Both the position numbers and the translations under genes were made by a program. A model generated the notes under the pieces. That model had not been told where the DNA came from and ran no database searches. It saw nothing but the letters and a program-made list of their open reading frames with translations. From the NCBI GenBank assembly GCA_034780895.1, contig JAUZTB010000017.1, positions 28,450,486 to 28,514,485 of the forward strand: a DNA stretch of 64,000 nucleotides. The letters run 5' to 3'. Positions 12,490 through 25,430 of the stretch are shown one piece after another. Origin of the DNA: Rhynchobatus australiae (Eukaryota). The first letter of the stretch is position 1. Each line of letters starts with the position of its first letter.

Positions 12490-13790
12490 CTGTGCCTTTA
12501 GTCAATGTGTCCCAGTACATTTACAACATTGGCATCTATTTCACAATCTGGAAAATTTCCCAGCTATGTCCTGCACATAAAAAGAACAAGACCACTCCAG
12601 TCCAACTAATTGCTGCTCTTTCAGCCTACTCTCAATTGTTTAGAAAGTGATGGAAGGTGTCATTAAGCAGCACTTACCCATACCCCACTCACTGATGCCC
12701 TGTTCAGGTTTTGCCAGAACCACTCAGATCCAAACCTCAACATAGTCCTGCTCTAAACGTGGATAAAAGAGCTGGACTCCAGGAGTGAGCTGACATCAAG
12801 GCAATAATAGTCTAAATGTAGCATTGAAGAACCCTGATAAAACTGAAGTTCATGGAAATCCAAGGAAAACCTTTCACTGGTGGAGCCTTAACATGCACGT
12901 GTAAAGGTTATTGTGCTTGTTGAAGGTCTGGATATCATGACTACTTTGTCATAATACCCTGGGGTGGGATTCAAGGTCCAACCAGCTGCTTCATCAATGA
13001 TTTTCTTTCCATCATAAAGCAGAAGTGGGGATGTTCATTGATGATTTCACAATGTTAAGTACCATCTCCATCTCCTCAAACAATGAATCAGGCAAGGCTG
13101 AGACATTCAAGCATCAGGCTGTAACATTCATATCACAAGTGCCTGGCAGTGACTAGCTACATCAAAAGGGAATCTTGATATCCAATCCTCCACCATCAAC
13201 ATCCAAAGAGTCACCGTTGACTAGAAACACAACTGGTTCCGCCATATAAATACTGTTGTTGCAAAAAAAAAGACCAGAAGCTGGATACCTTGCAGTGAGC
13301 CACTCACCTTTTGACATCCCAAAGCTTTTCTGAAAGGCACACATGACACAATTTTCATTGCCTCTCAAGTTCAACATCACCTAAAACAAAACAGCCCACT
13401 TGACTGACACACAAACCATTCATTTCCTCCACCAGAAGTGCACTGTGGTTGCCGTGCATACCATCTGCAAAATGCACAGCAGCCACTCACCCAAGCCACT
13501 CCAACTAAACCTCTCAAACCCTCGCTCCCTACCAGCAAGAAGGACAAGGGCAGCAGTTGCATGGGCCACTATTGTCTACAAGTCACACACTATTCTTATT
13601 TGGAGATATTTAGCCATTCTTTCACCACTGAGTCTACATCGGGGAACTCCCTACCTAATGAACAGCAGGAGTAACCTTACCAGAAGGAAGGCAGTGGTTC
13701 AAGTTTGTAGCTCACAACCAGCTTCTCAAGGGCAATTAGAGATGGGTAATAAAAATGCTGGTTTTTCCAATGAAGCCCACATTCCATAAA
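12490..13790 (+). mobile_element. Decayed CR1/L2-group LINE (RT region to 3' end)
   Basis: Degenerate RT-like blocks (gacatcaaggca..., ggggatgttcattgatgat) and a 3' end gggcaattagagatgggtaataaaaatgctgg...cccacattcc. Related copy at about 25730-26210; reverse copy at about 45080-45635. Confidence 0.6.
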
Positions 13791-13878
13791 ATAATTTAAA
13801 AGCAAGGACAGAATTATTCCTGAGTTCATTTCAGGTTTATATGTTACTGACTAGGACTATTAGTGGGTGTCCCTTTTA

Positions 13879-13881
<3 letters not shown>

Positions 13882-13920
<39 letters not shown>
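13882..13920. repeat. (GT)n microsatellite running into an assembly gap
   Basis: Direct reading. Confidence 0.95.
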
Positions 13921-16229
13921 NNNNNNNNNNNNNNNNNNNNNNNNNNNNNNNNNNNNNNNNNNNNNNNNNNNNNNNNNNNNNNNNNNNNNNNNNNNNNNNN
14001 NNNNNNNNNNNNNNNNNNNNATAAGTAGTTATTAATAAAGAAGATTTTAACACTTATACATGTCTCAGTGTGTTTCTTTTGTTGCTGGTTCATAACATAT
14101 AGAACTAATTTACACTGGATTTTACTTCCTGTGTTTTAATGGCTTTAAAGATTGTTTTAATTCTTGCACTACGATGTTACAATTACAGTTCCACAAAAAC
14201 TAGTTCAATTTCCAAGCAATTAAAAATACTTTTCCATAATCCCCAGGATGAGGCAACTAATATCTTCTAAGAATAAACTCTCTTTTCTTATGTTTCTTTT
14301 CTAAAAGCCTAGCCAATGCCCTCATTCTATTTTGACCTTTGTAAACATCAACATTCCACTGTTGAGATTACCTTACGATCTGAGATCTGCAACTGGTTAA
14401 GAATCCCCTCGCCACAAGGATTTCATTTGGGCCTCTCCAGCTCAGCTCCATTAGGATTTGTGGTGTTGGCTCTGCTTGCACACCAACTTTGGCATTTCAT
14501 CACAACGGCAACCACTTCACTGCAATGCCTGCAGATGATGCATGACTTTGGATAAACCAAGATAGAACGGATAAATCTGAAAGATATACTGTATCTTAGA
14601 TTGTAATGATAAACATTAAACTTGTGAAAGCAAGGTTTTGGAATCACAAGATAAATATAGCAGCAAAGCAGAAGTGCCGTCCCTATTGCAACTTTGTGAT
14701 TTTCTCTCTCTGTGCCAGTTCTTCAATTCCTCCCCTTTATATAGCTAATAGAATTAATCTTGTGATGTTGACTTATATCCAGTAGGTACAGAGTTAAAAC
14801 ATCATAAAAAAGTGTTTACTAAATCTTTTAAGCTAGTTGGAAGAGAATTTTTCCTTTCCTTCATGCTGGGATTGTTTCCTATGTAGGGCATGGTGATAAA
14901 AGGAAAGATAACCCACTCTGCCACATAATCCTTACAACAGGCTGATATTTCAGTTATAATAAAAGATTGCTCCACACTTTGTTGCACTAATATGTGATTT
15001 AGCTCCAGAAATATAGCTCTTTCTGATCCATCCTCCCTAAATTCAAATTATCTGTCAATTCTCCTTCAATACAATGGTGGTGTTAGTGAACAGAAGAATT
15101 GTGAAGGTCACAAACTTGACCTAGAAGTAGGTAGGAGAATAAGCTGGGCAATTTCCTTCCAGTCAGTGGTGGTGAAGAAGCCTTTGAAAGGAAAAAAATC
15201 ACAACAGCTTGGACAAAAAGTTTGTATCGGACAAAATGTGTTGTATAACTTGTTTTCAAGGATTTTTTGATCGGCTAACAGGGAGGGTGAATAAGGGCTT
15301 TGCAAATGGTGTCGCATGTAAAGACTTTCAAAGGGAATTGAATGGTTGTTTTTCAGACTTGTGTGAGGTTTCTGGTGATGTTCCAATGTTGGGACAATTA
15401 CTGGTTATGATGCAGATTATTCATCAGGACTTGAAATGGGGTGGGAAGGAATAGATCATAATTTTGAAATCTGTAGAGGATGCAAAACTTGAAAGCAGTG
15501 GGGAGAATGATAATATTCTTCAAGAGGACAGATGAATGGCTGTGGATTACACTGACATGTAACACATTAAACAGGAAGAAAGGTGACATGATATATTTCA
15601 ATAGGCAGCTCTACTTCTCCTAACCTCCCCATTGCATCTAAATTATCAGATTACTTGTCCAACATCTGATAATGGATGAGCATAGATTTCTGCTAACTAA
15701 CCATTGGGAAATCTGAAGCTTCAGTCCCTGCTGCAAACTCTGTCTCCAAGTCATCCCTCTCCTTGGCCATCACTAAAACTTCTACCACTATAATTCACCT
15801 GGTTTCACCCTTGCTCCAGCACATCAGCTGCTGAAATTTTCATTCACACCTACTCTATTACCCGGCTGTTTCAGTAGTCTCCTGACTGCTCTCCTTCATC
15901 ATTCCCTCTAAGAACTGAAGTCATAGAAGATGCTGCTGCCCACTGCCCACCCCTACTCCCTTTCTCCGGCCACATCTTAATTTGCACTGTTCACTGATTA
16001 ACCTTTGCGTGATGATTCATATACTCCTTGCTAGCCAACACCTCAATTTGTAAAATTTTCATCCTGTTTTTAAATCCCTTTAAGACTTCAAGTCTTTGGC
16101 CCTTTCTATATTGTTAAATCCTAAGACCGTGAAAGCTATCTGCATTCCTCCAATTCTGACGTGTTGATCATCCCCAAATTTAATCATGCCACCAATGGCA
16201 GCCGTCAGTGTCCTGAAGTGTGGATTTTT

Positions 16230-16840
16230 TTGAATTGGTAAATTTGGTAAATTGGTTAATTATTATCACATGTACTGAGGTACAGTGCAAAACTTATCTT
16301 GCCTACCGTCCATACAGGTCACTTGATTAAACAGTGCACTAAGGTAGTGCAAGATAAAACAATGCAGAATGCAGAGTAAAGTGTCACAGCTACAGAGAAA
16401 GTGCAGTGCAGGTAGACACTATTGTGCAAGGCCATAGCGAGGTAGATTCTGAGGTCAAAAGTCTATCTTATCATACTAGGGGACAGTTCAGTGGTCTTAT
16501 AACAGTGGATAGAAGCTGTCCTTGAGCCTGGTAGTACATGCTTTCAGGCGTTTGTATCTTCTGCCCGATGGGAGGGGGGAGAAGAGAGAATGTCCTGGGT
16601 GGGTGGAGTCTTTGATTATGTTGACTGCTTTACTCAAGCAGCGAGAAGTGTAGNNNNNNNNNNNNNNNNNNNNNNNNNNNNNNNNNNNNNNNNCTGTGCC
16701 CTCAACTCTCTGCAATTTCTTGTAGTCACGGGCAGAACAGTTTCCATACCATGATGCATCTGGATAGGAATCGTTCTATGGTGCATGATTAAAAATTGGT
16801 GAGGGTCAAAGGGGACATGCCAAATTTCTTGAGCCTCTTT
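16230..16840 (-). mobile_element. Rex1/Babar-type LINE 3' fragment
   Basis: Minus-strand remnant IIKDSTHPGHSLFSPLPSGRRYKRLKACTTRLKDSFYP plus the family tail. Confidence 0.8.
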
Positions 16841-17944
16841 AAACTTCTCTGCCATTCTACTATTCCTCTCTTAATTTGCCACTGAAAACCTAGCTGTACA
16901 AACAACTATTTAGTAATCTGCCCCAACATTTCCTTATGCAGCTGAGTGTCAAATATCATTTTAGAGCACCTTCAGAGATTTTTCTACACTAAATAAATAC
17001 AAATTCTGGTGGTTGTTGTAGATAGAATGGGGAATGTGAATATAAGCCAAATTGTACAGCTTTAAAGAGGATGCATGAATAGAGGATCTGGTGATGTTTC
17101 TGTGCATATCTTTGAAGAGAATGGCAGAAGAAGTTAGCCAAGCAATTGATAAAGAATGCTGGGTGAGAAATAGCATCAAAATAAGTGCATCAAAATAACT
17201 TTGTAATGAGTCACAAGGGGCCATATTGGCTGAAGGCCTCAGGTACAACTGAATGCATGTTGCTTATTTTTGTAATTGTAAATGGGCTAAGAATCAGTGC
17301 TGCATTCATGAATGGTTTGCGGAGTGGGAGAGCCAGCATTCAGAGAATGAAGATCAGGGCTGAAGGTCAGGTTGCTGTTAAGGAGGACAGGGAAGAGTGG
17401 AAAAGCTATGCAGGAACAGTGATCAAGTCAGTGGCTAGCCTGGAGGGAATGGATAGTAGTAGTTGGAGTTTGGACCCTCCTTCCAGGACCTCAGGGAATT
17501 GTTGGGTCAGGGACATGTGGAGAAAGATTAACAAGAAGGGGCCATGGTTTTGGGGGATTGAAGAGGTTAAGATTGGCCTGAAATGATCAGGGAAACAGAG
17601 GGGCCTTGGACCTTAGGACCCAGACCATGCAAGACCAGGATCAAGGTTGGTGCATTGATAATCTGAAGGATGAAAGGTTTGAATGCAATTTACCAGCAGT
17701 GGAAGTCGTGGTAGGTAGTTCTCAGCTGAATTTGCAAGTTGCATGAATCTACCCAGAAATGGTTGTTATCATAACATTGGAAAGAACAGCCCTATGTGAT
17801 GGAACTCATGGGATCGCTAGGCCATAGGACACCAGGGTTTATGAATGGGGGAAAGAATGCAGTGGGCAGGATAGGATTTGTTCCAGAGTTGAGAATTTGT
17901 GGTTGCATCAACAGATTAGTGAAGCTGGGACTGCAACTAACTCC

Positions 17945-18300
17945 CTCCAATACAGGAGGTGGCCATTTGGGCCATTTGATCCACATAAGCTCCCAACGGT
18001 AATCTCATCAGCCCCATTCATTATCTCCTTATCTTGCTGCAGCCCTGCAACTTATTCTTTCTCACACGTCTATCACCTCTCCTTTGATTCTCTTGCCACA
18101 TGCCTACACAAAGGGGTAATCTACAGTAACCAATTAACTCACCAGCACAACCTTGAGATGTGGGAAGAAACTAGAACACCAGGGCAAAACCCACACAGTG
18201 ACAGGGAGAATGTGCAAACTCCTCACAGTACTGGAGGTCAGCATTAAACCCAGTTCCCCGGAGATGTGAAGCAGTAGCACTAACTGCTGGACCGTCATGC
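17945..18300 (-). mobile_element. HE1/V-SINE-like SINE
   Basis: Reverse complement of the V-domain core (gtgacagggagaatgtgcaaactc). Confidence 0.7.
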
Positions 18301-19307
18301 TAGGTTGTTCCCTTTGAGAAGAGAATTGAGGTTTCTTTTCAAGCAGTAAAGACTAAAAAAAATGATAGAGGTGTTTAAAATCTTGAAATGTTCAGAGCAA
18401 ATAAATCAAATCTCTTTCTAATGGTTAAATCCAACGGTAACAAACAGTGATTTAGGTGAATGGTAAAAGTACTGTTGGGATTGTGAGACAAATCTTTTTA
18501 TGGAACGAATGATCTGGACTGAAATGTTTTGCCAGATGGTGATAGAAGCTGATTCATGCTTTCAAATGGCAACGACATAGGAGAAAAAATTTGCAACAAT
18601 ATGGAGAAAGAGCTGGGGAGAGGTGCTACAAAATGCCTGTCATAGATAAGATAGGTTAAATTGCCACCAACTATTCTGTACTATTCTNNNNNNNNNNNNN
18701 NNNNNNNNNNNNNNNNNNNNNNNNNNNNNNNNNNNNNNNNNNNNNNNNNNNNNNNNNNNNNNNNNNNNNNNNNNNNNNNNNNNNNNNNNNNNNNNNNNNN
18801 NNNNNNNNNNTGAAACATTTACTTTTGACATATTTGTGGATATTTAAATAGTTATGCTGCTTCCCTGAGTAATCAGTGCAATAAAATATATTTCAAACTC
18901 AGTTAAGCTACATTGAATATAAAACTTTGTGACTAGTTGTGAGTTTTTTTTTCCCCAAGTCAAAACCTTTGGAAGAAGGTAATAATGATTCCATATTAGG
19001 AGATGAATTTAACAATTCTGTAAATCCTCAGATTATTTTGTTTCCAACAGTTATCCATAGAGAATGCAATGATGTTACAAGATGTGCTTTCTCACTGTGC
19101 TTTTCTTCTTTGTGACAATAGTTATTAATTACAAGCAGTTTTTTTTTTCATATGGATGAGAGTGAACCTGTTCATCTGTTCCTTCTAGAGAAAGTAATGT
19201 TATCAATAGCCTGTGACTCTTAACAGTAAAACAACTGTTGTATTTCTCTGATTACGACAAAGAAAAGTTATAAATATATCTGCATTACATGTTTCTTTTT
19301 CTGACAG

Positions 19308-19431
19308 CACCATCCGCATTAGCAGGAAAGGCTGGCATATGCTGCTGAACTTCTGTTTCCATACTGCCCTCACTTGTGCTGTGTATGCTGGAGGTATCAA
19401 TCGCACAAAATACCCAATCATCTGTCAAGCT
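19308..19431 (+). CDS. ADGRA1: ADGRA1 coding exon (ICL1-TM2-ECL1): (S)[41 protein letters not shown]
   Basis: Acceptor tttttctgacag|C and donor GCT|gtgagt; 124 nt. Phase fits the previous exon (AG+C = Ser). Confidence 0.95.
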
Positions 19432-22400
19432 GTGAGTAGCATATATTACTTCCCAGTTTGGGAATCACTAAATTAGAAAATGAATGATAGTACCTGTCAA
19501 AGTAACTTATTATTGGAGAGTCAAGGGCAAGCAAGTCTCCATTTTACTGTTCCACATTTTTTGATTTAAATAAAATGTTTTATCTTATATTGTGCACAAA
19601 ATAGCATCAAGGGGCCGATCTTTATTTTGATGCAGTGCCATTTTAATGTATTTTTATTTTCTTGATTTTACTGGACAGTCTCTCGGAATCGGCTTACTGA
19701 TTTCTGCCACATAAGTTCATTCTGTTTGTGAATAGTTGTATGATGGTATAATATTGTTTGATGGTGAAATATTGAACAACTGACAAGCATATGGAACTGA
19801 AAATATTTCCTGTTCAGAGTTCTCTGGATAAAACAAAATGAATGGCAATTTGTCAAATGAATGTAGTACAGAAACAGATGTATGTTTAAAGGGTTAAAAT
19901 TAATGGAGAAAAAATTATGAATCACAGGTGCACCAAATGCATATTGTATCCAAATTTAGGTCCAATTGAAAGTAACGCAGTGCAGTTGTTCCACTTAATT
20001 AAAATTGGCATACCTCTGGATTATCCAGGGGCTTTACAGATAACTACAAAAAGTAAGTTGACAGAAATTTGCATATTTAATTAACTAGGCTCACATCCAT
20101 ACTACAGCTGACTTGACCTGATAAGGACAAGCAGAGCTGCCTCTGAACATTTCTTCCAGGAGTAGGGTTTGGAAGCTGAAAAATTCAAATCCATAATTTT
20201 AGCAAATCAAAAATGGGACAAATGAGAATTTGAGATAAACTCATGGAGGGGAAAAGACATACTTACTGCTCCAGGTTTAAGAACAGATAATGGGGACTGC
20301 ATATCAACTTTTTCTGTATAGGCTATGGTTATAAAACAGACTGGTTTGATTCAAGCTCCTTAATGACTTCTGTGCACAGAATGAAATTCCTGCAACAAAT
20401 GATCTCAAACCTACAGGAACAAGACATAATATTTAATCAATTTGGCTTGTGTTGCGGTGTGGTCTTTTTGAACAATTTTTTTCAAGATATTATTTTAATA
20501 TTTAATTTTATGTCTTCTTATTTTGCAAGCTGATTTGATGTTAATCAAACAATGCTTTGTGGCATTCTGAAATGGTAAAGAATCCACTATTATGGTAACC
20601 ACATCATACCTTGTAAACAAAGGCTAAATATTGTGAATTACGAGTCTTTTTCAAAAAATCATCAATTTTATGTAGACGTTCATTGCAAATCTGATTATAA
20701 GAAGATGCATAGTCATAATTATATCTGTATTTAAATGACATTTTTCCATCAGTTTGCATTTTTCAAATGCTTTTCATGCATACATGGTCACATTAACTGA
20801 ATGTACTAATAATAACTTTCTTTAAAATCCCAAACCTCCCTTAACTTCACACTCAAAAGGAAACAATGATAATTGATTTGAACCATGAAACAAAGTATTC
20901 CCTCAGGACTGTTATTGCAAATGATGTACCATATCTTTTAATCCAAATGAGTGGGACATATGGAGCTTCATTATACTTAAATATGATCAGATATTAAGTA
21001 GCCCCTGATTACATTAACCCCATAGTTCTAAAGATTTTAAGCCAAATGTTATTAAATGTCTTTTTGCCATTTAAGCATGATAAATAAAATTTTAAATGAA
21101 AATAATTACAGGAAGTGTAGGTGATGCAGTTAANNNNNNNNNNNNNNNNNNNNNNNNNNNNNNNNNNNNNNNNNNNNNNNNNNNNNNNNNNNNNNNNNNN
21201 NNNNNNNNNNNNNNNNNNNNNNNNNNNNNNNNNNNNNNNNNNNNNNNNNNNNNNNNNNNNNNNNNNNNNNNNNNNNNNNNNNNNNNNNNNNNNNNNNNNN
21301 NNNNNNNNNNNNNNNNNNNNNNNNNNNNNNNNNNNNNNNNNNNNNNNNNNNNNNNNNNNNNNNNNNNNNNNNNNNNNNNNNNNNNNNNNNNNNNNNNNNN
21401 NNNNNNNNNNNNNNNNNNNNNNNNNNNNNNNNNNNNNNNNNNNNNNNNNNNNNNNNNNNNNNNNNNNNNNNNNNNNNNNNNNNNNNNNNNNNNNNNNNNN
21501 NNNNNNNNNNNNNNNNNNNNNNNNNNNNNNNNNNNNNNNNNNNNNNNNNNNNNNNNNNNNNNNNNNNNNNNNNNNNNNNNNNNNNNNNNNNNNNNNNNNN
21601 NNNNNNNNNNNNNNNNNNNNNNNNNNNNNNNNNNNNNNNNNNNNNNNNNNNNNNNNNNNNNNNNNNNNNNNNNNNNNNNNNNNNNNNNNNNNNNNNNNNN
21701 NNNNNNNNNNNNNNNNNNNNNNNNNNNNNNNNNNNNNNNNNNNNNNNNNNNNNNNNNNNNNNNNNNNNNNNCCCCCCCCCCCCGGATCCAACACCAACCC
21801 TATTCCAAGTTAGCTCTCTTTCCCTATCCTAGCAACAAACATTTTCCATTCACAGACCTTGCTGTTTTTATATACACACACACACACACACACATATATT
21901 TATTTGTGTGTGAGTGTGTGTATATATATCACCTCACAAATACATTCTGAGATGAAAAGTATGCAATGAAAATTATTAACCTAATGATTATTTAGCAATA
22001 ATTCAGTTCTTTGCAATGAAGGATCAATCCTGTGGCTCCTCTCTTTGCTCTTAATTAAATGTCGACCCTGTATCTCCACAATCACAGTAGAACACAGTAC
22101 ACAGGATGCACTAGAGCAAGAGCAGTTTGATCATTATTTGCTCTGACATCTAGGTCTACAAATTTATCTGTGCACTTTGTGAAACACTAAAGGTTTGTGT
22201 GCTGCTTGCCAATGACCACTTCCATAGTGGGTCCCCAGAAAAATGTAGTACTGCCTTTGGTCTGGGGCCCAAGCAGGTGGTGGAGGTTTCTAGAACTCAG
22301 GCCCTGGTCTGGTCTGGGAGAAGTGCAAGGTCGGTGTCTTATCTGACAGGTGAAGTGAGACTTGCCCTGAAATCCAATAACATTTTCCTATTGAACAATT

Positions 22401-23260
22401 ATTTCTTTACTAAGATCAACACGCTTCATTATCTTGGTTGGGGGTGATGTGGATCGGGGTCTAGATTATGGTATCAGAGCCAGGAGCCTTTGGGGACATG
22501 AGTGTCTATGTAGCATTTAAGGGTAGACCTGATGAGCACAGACAAGTTTAAAAGAGAATATTAAAGTGGGCATACCTTGGCTGAGTTCCCAGCACTGGGT
22601 CTGGATCCTTCTCCAGGAGACCCCCTTTCAATAAGTGTTGCTCCAAGTGAAGCAGCGCAATGAAAAGATGGTTCCTAAAGGAATACCAGAAGAACAGCAC
22701 CCCTCAGAATAAGCTAACCAAGTTTCCAATGCATTGGACAGGGAATTATATCATTCCATGCGCAACTAAGGAGGAAATTGTATATTCAAGGATTTGCAAA
22801 TGTGTCTGTCAAATTTTTGGACTGCTAGAATTCATTATGGAAATGAACATTCGTTAATTTTCAGATATTTAGATGCATAGAGTTGTAACATTTAAAATGT
22901 ATCTGTACAAACATTTGAATTGCCAAGGCGTAGAAGGCTGCAGACCAAATGCTGGTAAATGGGATTAATATTGATGGGGACTTGATGGTTGACATGGACA
23001 CGGAGGGCTGAAGAGCCAGTTTCTGTGCCATCTGACTCTATGTCTCCATGACTCTATGGCTTTATATTGTTAGTGGCTAGTCAATATGATTAGAGTTCAT
23101 ATTCTAGTCTCCCTAAAAAGTGGAGAAAATTAAACAAAATAAAACTGAATTAATATCTCAAAGTACATAAAATAATCCTTCATGAGATTTATCAAAGGTC
23201 AAATAAAATTTCTTATTGAGACTGTTTCCTTATGAGGATCAACATTCTTGNNNNNNNNNN

Positions 23261-23388
23261 AAAATACTGCAGATGCTGGAAATCTGAAATAAAACTGAAA
23301 ATGCTGGTAAAGTCGGCAGGTCTGGCAATATTTGTGAAAGAGAGTAACAGAGGTAATGTTTCAGGGCACTGCCCTTTCATCAGAACTC
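23261..23388 (-). repeat. Penelope-type repeat with a minimal hammerhead-like core
   Basis: Minus strand 23387-23353 reads AGTT-CTGATGA-A-AGGGC-AGT-GCCCT-GAAAC-ATT-AC. Confidence 0.6.
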
Positions 23389-24464
23389 AATATTTCAAAG
23401 TAAAATTATATTTGTCAAATGAGTTTTCTCTTGTTAGAGCAAATGCTAACAATAATTCATAAACCCCATTGATCTAATTACATTGTGTGTGGTACTAGAA
23501 TAATTAAACCTATTTCTGTGGGCCAGCTTTGTAAACATTGTAGAAAAACATGGGCTTTCATTANNNNNNNNNNNNNNNNNNNNATGACTAAAATAATATT
23601 ATCAAAAATTGTAACCAGGTTAAATTGACATCTGATTCAAATCATGTTTGGAATATTAATTTTCCTTTTAATTTTATATGTTCTTCCTTCATATTTTAGT
23701 TGAATCATAACAAAGTTAGAATCATGTTCATGTAATATAACATTTCACCCTTGCCATTGACATCATTATTGTAATTCTGTAATTGTTCATTAACAGATTC
23801 CTACTGTGTGAACATTTTATGAAAAAACAATTAATATCCTACCCTTCCATTAATTTTCATTGCTCTATAATTTTAATGTACTTTAATATGGTTTCCATGT
23901 ACAGTAACAACTTTTTAACAGTTCAATTGTTGAGTGCTTTATAAAATATAGTGTAACTCTTGGTCATTTTTGAATTCAGCAACAACTTTGCTACTTTAAA
24001 TCTCCCTGATCAAGCAGAATAAATCAAAGAGATTTAATTACAAATGTTAATAATTGTAAAATGACTGGGATTAAGCATACAGTGACCTAGAGATAGTATC
24101 AAAGATGCAGCGTTAGAATGAGTTTAAGCAGCCCAGAAGACCCAGCCATTTCCTTTACCAGGAAAATCTGAACTGAGTTTTGATTCATCCTCTGAACCTT
24201 GTGTGCCTCAAGAATTACAAAATGAGCATTGATGCTTTGTGGATTAACCTCTCTGCTTGATTCAAGCTTTAGTAACCCTCCCAATTTTCAAGGAAGGGAA
24301 AGAAAATCAAGGATGGGAGGACTTTTGGTGTACAGGGGTGCAAATTTTTGTATCAGTGCAATCAAAATTGGTACATTCACTGATTTTACTGTGCGTTGCC
24401 CTCCCCCTTAATGTCAAAAAGTTGTACAGTATATCCTTGGCAAATAATCTCAAATTTCCTTACA

Positions 24465-24802
24465 ACATTTAAGGCCACTCACAGCGTTGAGTCTGTGCCA
24501 GCTCTCTGAGCAACCCCATCAATCCAGTTCCCACACTTTACTTCCTGTAATTTTTTTCTCTCACATGTGCCCATTAAGCCACCCCCTCCTGATTCTCCTA
24601 CCACTCGCCTACACTTGGAGTAATATACAGTGGCCAATTTACTAAACATCGGAATGTCTTTGGAATGTGGGAGGAAACGGAGCAACCGTGACAAATTGTA
24701 GGGAAAACCTGCAAACTCCATGCAGAGAGGAACAGGAGTCAGATTCGAACCTAGGTCACTAGAGCTGTGAAGCTGCTGTGCTAGCTGCAGCACCACTGTG
24801 CC
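24465..24802 (-). mobile_element. HE1/V-SINE-like SINE
   Basis: Reverse strand has tggtgctgcagctag and ggttcgaatct boxes and the V-domain core. Confidence 0.8.
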
Positions 24803-25124
24803 ATTTGAGTCCTGTAATTTTTATTTAAATGGAGGGAGGAAAATTAAGATGATAAATGTCAAAGTACAGAAGGACACCTAACCTTGGTGCCTCAGATTTC
24901 AGTAAAATATTGTATCATGGCAGCATTGGCACTATTTGATCTATTGTGCTTATAGTGACACTTTAGTAATGCTCTGTAATTAATTCCACTCCCCTACTCT
25001 TTCTTCATTGCCTGAGAAAATGTCCATTAAGTTTCTTATCAGGTGTTCTTTTGAAAGTGACTATTAAACCTGCCTACACCACATTTTCAGGCAGTTTGGT
25101 TCAGATCATAACATGCATGTATTA

Positions 25125-25430
25125 GAGCAAAGAACAGTACAGCACAGCAACAGGCCCTTCAGCCCACGATGTCTGTGCCGAACATGATGCCAAATTAAAC
25201 TAATCCCTTCTGTATGCACATGATCCATTTCCCTCCATTCCCCGCATATTCATATGCCTGTATAAAAGCCTCTTAAATGCCACTCTCATGCCTGTTTCCA
25301 CCACCATACCTGGCAGCATGTTCCAGGCACCCACCACCTGTGTAAAAGCCTTGCCCCACATATCTCTTTAAACTTTCCCCCTCTCATCTTAAAGCTATGC
25401 CCTGTAGTATTTGACATTTCTACCCTGGGA
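25125..25430 (-). mobile_element. CR1-type LINE 3' fragment
   Basis: gaacagtacagcacagcaacaggcccttcagcccacgatgtctgtgccgaac is the reverse of a typical elasmobranch CR1 3' end. Confidence 0.75.

Noticed and set aside
17185-17586. 133-aa ORF and other short ORFs (e.g. 13400-13789, 53006-53242)
   Set aside because: No recognisable domain or splice structure. They overlap decayed repeats or are of chance length.
21009-21950. Long ORFs full of X (also at 42593-43476, 55493-56323 and 62506-63178)
   Set aside because: They are open only because they run through N gaps.
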